Position numbers and translations under genes: made by a program. 33,176 nucleotides of DNA from Desulfuromonadales bacterium (lineage in GTDB: Bacteria > Desulfobacterota > Desulfuromonadia > Desulfuromonadales > UBA2294), in NCBI GenBank assembly GCA_041592975.1, contig JBFHOZ010000002.1, positions 1-33,176 of the forward strand. The letters are read 5' to 3'. Of this stretch, positions 28,731-33,176 are shown one piece after another; position 1 is the stretch's first letter, and each line of letters opens with the position of its first letter. The notes under the pieces were generated by a model that searched no databases, was not told the DNA's origin, and saw only the letters and a list, made by a program, of their open reading frames with translations.

Positions 28731-29249
28731 ATGGAAGAATTGAAAAGCATCATTCGCGACATCCCCGATTTTCCCAAGGAGGGGATCGTCTTCAAGGACA
28801 TTACGACGCTGCTGCGTGACGGCAGGAACTTCCACCGGATGATCGACCTGATCGCGCACCGGTATGTCGGCATGAAAATCGACCAGATTGTCGGTGTCGA
28901 GGCCCGGGGGTTCATTCTCGGTTCGGCTCTGGCCTACAAGCTCGGCGCCGGGGTGACGCTGGTCCGCAAGCCGGGCAAGCTCCCGGCAAAGACCCGCGCC
29001 GTCTCCTACGATCTCGAATACGGCACCGACACCCTGGAGATCCACGAGGATGCCTTCAGCCCCGGCGACAGGGTCCTCATTGCCGACGACCTGCTGGCAA
29101 CCGGCGGAACCGTCGCCGCCGTCGTCGAGCTTGTCGAGGGGCTCGGCGCGGAAATCGTCGAGTGCTGCTTCATGACCGAGCTGACATTCCTCAACGGCCG
29201 CGCCCGGCTGCCGAAGAACAAGGTCCACTCCCTGATCCATTTCGACTGA
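28731..29249 (+). CDS. apt: Adenine phosphoribosyltransferase
   Basis: ATG at 28731 gives [28 protein letters not shown] and the PRPP loop [13 protein letters not shown]. 172 aa. The upstream part of the track ORF (28587) is an out-of-frame overlap of rpoS. Confidence 0.95.
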   Translation: MEELKSIIRDIPDFPKEGIVFKDITTLLRDGRNFHRMIDLIAHRYVGMKIDQIVGVEARGFILGSALAYKLGAGVTLVRKPGKLPAKTRAVSYDLEYGTDTLEIHEDAFSPGDRVLIADDLLATGGTVAAVVELVEGLGAEIVECCFMTELTFLNGRARLPKNKVHSLIHFD

Positions 29250-29267
29250 TCGAAATCTCACGGTTTA

Positions 29268-29344
29268 GGCCCCGTAGCTCAGCAGGATAGAGCAACCGCC
29301 TCCTAAGCGGTAGGTCTTGGGTTCGAATCCCGACGGGGCCGCCA
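29268..29344 (+). tRNA. tRNA-Arg (anticodon CCT), CCA encoded
   Basis: Folded by hand. Acceptor GGCCCCG/CGGGGCC. D arm GCTC-AGCAGGATA-GAGC. Anticodon arm ACCGC-CTCCTAA-GCGGT. Variable loop AGGTC. T arm TTGGG-TTCGAAT-CCCGA. Discriminator G plus CCA. 77 nt in total. Confidence 0.93.
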
Positions 29345-29349
29345 TTTTT

Positions 29350-29375
29350 AAAGCCTGCTTCAAGCAGGCTTTTTC
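29350..29375 (+). terminator. Intrinsic terminator after tRNA-Arg
   Basis: AAAGCCTGC (29350-29358), loop TTCAA, GCAGGCTTT (29364-29372), then TT. Confidence 0.75.
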
Positions 29376-29497
29376 ATTGGCCGTCAATAGATGTTCCAGA
29401 TGCCATCGTCGCGGGGGAATCGGCGGAAAAGGGCGCGATCGCCGGAATTTATCCGGCAGGAATCTTTACCCCTCCGGGGTTTCCTCCAAAACAGTCC

Positions 29498-29526
29498 TTG
29501 CCATTGGGCGTTAGTTTGGAAATAAT
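29498..29526 (+). promoter_or_regulatory. Candidate sigma70 promoter for gspA (TTGCCA-17 nt-AATAAT)
   Basis: TTGCCA at 29498-29503 and AATAAT at 29521-29526. The -10 ends only 8 nt before the gspA ATG. By-eye match only. Confidence 0.35.
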
Positions 29527-29534
29527 GCTCGATT

Positions 29535-31175
29535 ATGTATCTAGAGCATTTCGGCCTGAAAGAGAAGCCGTTCAACATCACCCCGAATCCGCAGTTTATT
29601 TTCCTGAGCAAGAACCACAAGGAGGTTTTTGCTCATCTTCTCTACGGACTTCAGAGCCGCTGCGGTTTCATCGAGATTACCGGGGAAGTCGGTGCCGGCA
29701 AAACCACCGTTCTCCGGACCCTCTTCGAACAGCTGAAGGACGACGCGTTCCGGCTGGCGTTCATTTTCAACCCGAGCCTTTCGGCGGACGAACTTCTTCT
29801 CGAGATCTGCCGCGAACTGGATATCGACACCGGCGAGGCCCGGGGTGGCCGGGTCCTGCCGCTGATCAACCGCTACCTGTTGCAGGAGAACGCCGCCGGC
29901 CGTACCGTGGTGCTGGTGATCGACGAGGCGCAGAACCTGGCGGCGCCGGTTCTCGAGCAGATCCGTCTCCTTTCCAACCTCGAAACCGAAACCGACAAGC
30001 TGATCCAGATCATTTTGGTCGGCCAGCCGGAACTCGCCGAGGTTCTCGGACGTTCCAATCTGCGTCAGCTCAATCAGCGCATTTCCGTCCGCTACCATCT
30101 CCGGCCGATGGATGAAGCGGACTCCCGCGCCTACGTCCTGCACCGGCTCAAGGTTGCCGGTTGCGATGATCGTACGATCCTCACCGACAGCGCGCTGAAG
30201 ATGATCTGCCGGCACTCCGGCGGCTTGCCGCGACTGATCAATATCCTCGCCGACCGCGCGCTGCTGGCCGCATTCAGTGAAGACCGGGCGCCGGCCGACC
30301 GGGCCGATGTCAGAACGGCGATCGCCGAGCTGCGGCAGGCCGGGAGCAAGCCGCCCTGGAACCCCCTGCGGCGCCCCGCCGCGACGGGCTGGCTGCTCAC
30401 GGCAGCTGTCGTACTGACAACCGGTCTGTTCTTTTACGTCAATTCGCTGCCGTCCGGCGGTACCGCACCGGAGCGGGCGGCGGCCGATTCCGCGGCGGTA
30501 CCGGAAGTCGGCCAGACGGCCGATTTCGAACAACTCGAGCCGTTGCGTGCCGCCCTGGCCGCCCTCGGCGAAAGCGATAGCTTTTCCCGGGCAGCAACAG
30601 CCGTCTCCGCCCGCTGGCATGCGGATTTTGCCGGCGGTCTCGCCGGCGGGAACTTCACCAGCCGCGATTTTGCCTCCCTGCTGGAAAGAGACGGCTGGCA
30701 ATGGATGACGTTTCAGGGGAGCCTTGCCGAACTTTTGGTGTGCGACACGCCGGTCCTGCTCGAACTGATCCTCCCCGGCGTTTCGGGCAGACGTTACCTG
30801 GCCCTGACCGTTCGGGAGGGGGATCGCTTCATCGTTGCGCCGCAGATTGCCGGTCGACAGAGCCTCCATCGGAGCGAATTGAATGCCCTGTACAGCGGCA
30901 GGGCATATCTGCTCTGGAAAAATTATCTCGACATCGGCTACGTTTCGACTCCGGGGACCACGTCGGCCGATATTCGCGAAATCCAGTCGCTGCTGCAAGG
31001 CGCCGGTGAGGGCAGCCTCGTCATCAGCGGCGTTTACGACGACCGGACGATCCGGGCGGTGACACGCTTTCAGGCCTCACGGGGGATTGCGCGGGACGGA
31101 CGGGTCGGCCCCCTGACATTGCTGCTGCTCTATCAGCAGAGCGGCTATTTCAATCCGCCACGATTGAGAGGGTAG
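29535..31175 (+). CDS. gspA: ExeA/GspA-family AAA+ ATPase with transmembrane segment and C-terminal peptidoglycan-binding domain
   Basis: 546 aa. The N-terminus MYLEHFGLKEKPFNITPNPQFIF is canonical for ExeA. Walker A is GEVGAGKT and Walker B is VLVIDEAQ. There is a single TM segment, WLLTAAVVLTTGLFFYV. The C-terminal segment IREIQSLLQGAG...VYDDRTIRAVTRFQASRGIARDGRVGPLT is PG_binding_1-like. Confidence 0.85.
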   Translation: MYLEHFGLKEKPFNITPNPQFIFLSKNHKEVFAHLLYGLQSRCGFIEITGEVGAGKTTVLRTLFEQLKDDAFRLAFIFNPSLSADELLLEICRELDIDTGEARGGRVLPLINRYLLQENAAGRTVVLVIDEAQNLAAPVLEQIRLLSNLETETDKLIQIILVGQPELAEVLGRSNLRQLNQRISVRYHLRPMDEADSRAYVLHRLKVAGCDDRTILTDSALKMICRHSGGLPRLINILADRALLAAFSEDRAPADRADVRTAIAELRQAGSKPPWNPLRRPAATGWLLTAAVVLTTGLFFYVNSLPSGGTAPERAAADSAAVPEVGQTADFEQLEPLRAALAALGESDSFSRAATAVSARWHADFAGGLAGGNFTSRDFASLLERDGWQWMTFQGSLAELLVCDTPVLLELILPGVSGRRYLALTVREGDRFIVAPQIAGRQSLHRSELNALYSGRAYLLWKNYLDIGYVSTPGTTSADIREIQSLLQGAGEGSLVISGVYDDRTIRAVTRFQASRGIARDGRVGPLTLLLLYQQSGYFNPPRLRG

Positions 31176-31180
31176 GGAGA

Positions 31181-31669
31181 ATGAGCTCGATCCTGAAGGC
31201 CCTGAAAAAGCTTGAAAGCGAAAAATCGCAACGCGACGAGTTATCGACCGCGGTTGCCAGCGAGATCCTGCGCTCGTCGCGGGTGCAACGGCGTTCGTCG
31301 GTCCCGGCAATTCTCGCCACCGTCCTTTTCGCGCTGGCGATCGGGGCAGCCGGTTATTTTATCGCTCTGGATCGATCAGGGGAGCACCGGGAGCCGACCG
31401 ACCGGTCTCCGGCAGAACTGGCAGAGCCCTCTCCGGTGCCGAAGGACCGATCCGTTTCATCGCCGCCGCCCGCCTCCCCCCTGCCGCGCCTGAGCGGTAT
31501 CGTCTACCAGCAGGATCCCGGCAGTCGCCTGGCGATCATCAATGATCTGCCGGTCATGGTGGGGACTCTGGTCGAGGGGTACGATGTCAGGGTGATTTAC
31601 CCGGACAGGGTTGTCGTTTCCAAGGGCGGGGCTGAATTCACTCTTTTTCTTGAGAAGGTAGAGCCGTAG
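31181..31669 (+). CDS. gspB: GspB/ExeB-like general secretion pathway protein B
   Basis: 162 aa. It has the N-terminus MSSILKALKKLESEK, a TM segment VPAILATVLFALAIGAAGYFIAL, and a C-terminal LSGIVYQQDPGSRLAIINDLPVMVGTLVEGYDVRVIYPDRVVV (GspB C-terminal pattern). It starts 5 nt after gspA. Confidence 0.7.
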   Translation: MSSILKALKKLESEKSQRDELSTAVASEILRSSRVQRRSSVPAILATVLFALAIGAAGYFIALDRSGEHREPTDRSPAELAEPSPVPKDRSVSSPPPASPLPRLSGIVYQQDPGSRLAIINDLPVMVGTLVEGYDVRVIYPDRVVVSKGGAEFTLFLEKVEP

Positions 31670-31713
31670 AGCCGGCTGCCTGTCTCCGTTTGAACGTTCC
31701 GGGAGGTTTTCGC

Positions 31714-32208
31714 ATGCGCCTCAAGTCTCCACTGTTCTCGTTTGTCCTGATGCTTCTGTTCATCTCACTGCCGATCGATTCTCGGGCTCAGGACGGGCGG
31801 AATGCGCCCGTCAGCCCGGGAGAGACCGCTGTCCAGGCCGACATCCTGCCGCCGGCTGCCGTTCCCCTCGGCGAGCAGGAGCAGAACGGCATCCTGGCGC
31901 AGGCGTGGTTTTATCGTCCGCCAGCCTCCGCAACCGGGTCGTCGCCGGACGGGAATCGTCCGAACGCGGTGCTTTTTCTCCGTTTCCTGTCGGTCGAAAA
32001 CTACCTGCCGGTCGAAAAGGGACTTGTCGCCTACAAGATTGAAAACGAAGAGGCGGTAGCGCCGCCGGCGAGGAAAATGCTGTTCCGGGAGGGCTATTTC
32101 GTTGCCGATCTCGAACCGTTATCCCGCGGCAAGTACCTCCTGCGTATCGGCAGCAAGCTTGAGGACGAAAAAAAACGCCAGTTTCACTTTGACCTGACGA
32201 TCAGGTAA
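31714..32208 (+). CDS. Hypothetical secreted protein (164 aa)
   Basis: ATG at 31714 follows GGGAGG (31701-31706). The signal peptide is MRLKSPLFSFVLMLLFISLPIDSRA|QD. I recognise no family. Codon usage matches the neighbours. Confidence 0.62.
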   Translation: MRLKSPLFSFVLMLLFISLPIDSRAQDGRNAPVSPGETAVQADILPPAAVPLGEQEQNGILAQAWFYRPPASATGSSPDGNRPNAVLFLRFLSVENYLPVEKGLVAYKIENEEAVAPPARKMLFREGYFVADLEPLSRGKYLLRIGSKLEDEKKRQFHFDLTIR

Positions 32209-32214
32209 GTCAAC

Positions 32215-32246
32215 GGGCCGTCGCACGGATACGGCCCCTGTTTCTG
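32215..32246 (+). terminator. Weak terminator-like hairpin after ORF164
   Basis: GGGCCGT (32215-32221), a 9-nt loop, ACGGCCC (32231-32237), then CTGTTTCTGT. The U-tract is poor. Confidence 0.35.
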
Positions 32247-32267
32247 TCCGGCCGGAGCTCAACACGG

Positions 32268-32681
32268 ATGAATCCAGACCACGCGGCAATGCATTGTCGC
32301 AAATGCCTATATCTGAGGATTATTGCCGCCGTTTGCTGGTCTGTCGGCCTGGTGTCGCTTTCGCTTCTGCCGGACATGGACGCTCCGCTGCTTTTCAGGG
32401 GACAGGACAAGGTGCTTCATTTCTGCTCTTATCTGCTGCTGGCCTGGCTCACCTGCAGAGTGCTGCAGATCTATTCCTCAGGCAGGGGAAAAAAACTCCT
32501 GATGACATTGACGTACTGCCTGGTTCTTGGCGCATTGCTTGAGCTTGCCCAGGGGCTTTTCATTCCCGGCCGTACGGCCGAATGGCTCGATGTGCTGGCC
32601 AATGCCGCCGGTGCGGCGAGCGGCTGTGCTTTATTCTGTCTGTGGCCCCTGCCATCCTCCAGACGTGATGATAAGCCGTAA
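32268..32681 (+). CDS. VanZ-like family membrane protein
   Basis: 137 aa (alternative start ATG 32289). It has four hydrophobic segments. DKVLHFCSYLLLAWL and ELAQGLFIPGRTAEWLDVLANAAGAA match the VanZ signature (DK..H...Y / E..Q...R.....D...N..G). Confidence 0.72.
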   Translation: MNPDHAAMHCRKCLYLRIIAAVCWSVGLVSLSLLPDMDAPLLFRGQDKVLHFCSYLLLAWLTCRVLQIYSSGRGKKLLMTLTYCLVLGALLELAQGLFIPGRTAEWLDVLANAAGAASGCALFCLWPLPSSRRDDKP

Positions 32682-33176
32682 CCGCCTCATCGAGACGTTG
32701 CGTACCGGAACGCTCGCCCTGACCGCGACCAATCGTCTCGCCCGCCAGATCGTTGCCGATTATGATCAGGCCATGATCGACGCCGGGCTGACTGCCTGGC
32801 GTCGACCGCCGGTGCAGACGCTCGAAGCCTGGCACGCCGACGCGGCGGCGAAGCTTTACGGCGGCGATGCGCGCCTGTTGAGTCAGCAGCAGGCGTCCTG
32901 CGTCTGGGAAGAGATTGTCAGGGACGATCTTCAGATGCAGCAGCACGATCTGCTGCTCGTGCAGCCGACCGTGAAGAAGGCGCGGCAGGCATACCGGCTG
33001 CTGTGCGATTACGGGGCGACTTTCGATCCGTCCGTTTCGTCGGAAGACCAACGGGCCTACTGGCGCTGGCATCAAGCCTGGGAACAGCACCTGCAGGAGA
33101 AGGGGTGGCTGGACCCTGCGACGACGCTGCGGCTGGTCGTCGATGCCATCGAAGCCGGCACGCTGGCGGTCGGCGA
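32668..33176 (+). CDS. N-terminal part of a large protein, possibly a PD-(D/E)XK/AddB-like DNA repair nuclease family member (continues beyond the window end)
   Basis: Not in the track because it is open-ended. ATG at 32668 (or GTG 32665) overlaps the vanZ 3' end. I read 169 stop-free, strongly GC3-biased codons by hand: MISRNRLIETLRTGTLALTATNRLARQIVADYDQAMIDAGLTAWRRPPVQTLEAWH.... The function call rests only on my recollection of the 'T(A/P)NRRLAR ... W..P.v..l..W' N-terminus of that family. Confidence 0.5.
   Translation, partial: MISRNRLIETLRTGTLALTATNRLARQIVADYDQAMIDAGLTAWRRPPVQTLEAWHADAAAKLYGGDARLLSQQQASCVWEEIVRDDLQMQQHDLLLVQPTVKKARQAYRLLCDYGATFDPSVSSEDQRAYWRWHQAWEQHLQEKGWLDPATTLRLVVDAIEAGTLAVG

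Noticed and set aside
29317-29514. 65-aa + strand ORF, and 78-aa minus-strand ORF (29384..29620), in the tRNA-Arg/gspA intergenic region.
   Set aside because: The first begins inside the tRNA gene and runs through its terminator. Both have no SD and atypical composition.
29345-32700. Genomic island integrated at tRNA-Arg(CCT).
   Set aside because: There is no integrase. I could find no direct repeat of the tRNA 3' end downstream by eye. Base composition and codon usage of the gspA-vanZ genes look native.
32560-33090. 176-aa minus-strand ORF at the window end.
   Set aside because: The + strand frame from 32668 is stop-free to the window end and has strong GC3 bias and a natural-looking sequence. 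The minus ORF is Arg-rich shadow.

Overview
GC-rich bacterial chromosome segment. Hand counts of typical 60-nt lines give about 70% G+C in coding regions. Genes are almost all on the + strand and are densely packed core housekeeping genes. Gene order and protein sequences resemble a Desulfuromonadales/Geobacter-type deltaproteobacterium; this is inference only, with no search run. Layout, with | marking apparent unit boundaries: mazG (minus strand, truncated by the window start) | yceD-rpmF-plsX-fabH-fabD-fabG-acpP-fabF-rpiB | glyA-dCMP deaminase-nrdR-ribD-ribE-ribBA-ribH-nusB-ORF165-hom | FadL-family outer-membrane channel | tRNA-Val(GAC)-thrS-infC-rpmI-rplT | pheS-pheT | ihfA-merR-surE-pcm-YqaA-like-nlpD-rpoS-apt-tRNA-Arg(CCT) | gspA/exeA-gspB-secreted ORF164 | vanZ-like, then an AddB/PD-(D/E)XK-like gene that runs off the window end. 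Three genes missing from or truncated in the ORF track were recovered by reading the sequence: mazG, rpmF, and the ATA-initiated 5' end of infC. Both tRNAs and the final partial CDS were recovered the same way. I saw no CRISPR array, IS/transposase, integrase, toxin-antitoxin pair or recognisable defence gene. I do not see a convincing novel multi-gene system; this is an ordinary core region. The modest leads are: (1) the FadL-family gene is a compositional mosaic, with a native GC-rich 5' end and an AT-rich body; (2) an orphan gspA-gspB pair plus an extra secreted ORF sits just downstream of tRNA-Arg(CCT); (3) an uncharacterised 165-aa ORF is translationally coupled to nusB; (4) two consecutive intrinsic terminators precede pheS; (5) several small regulatory-looking structures. 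The many long antisense ORFs in the track are GC-rich shadow frames.
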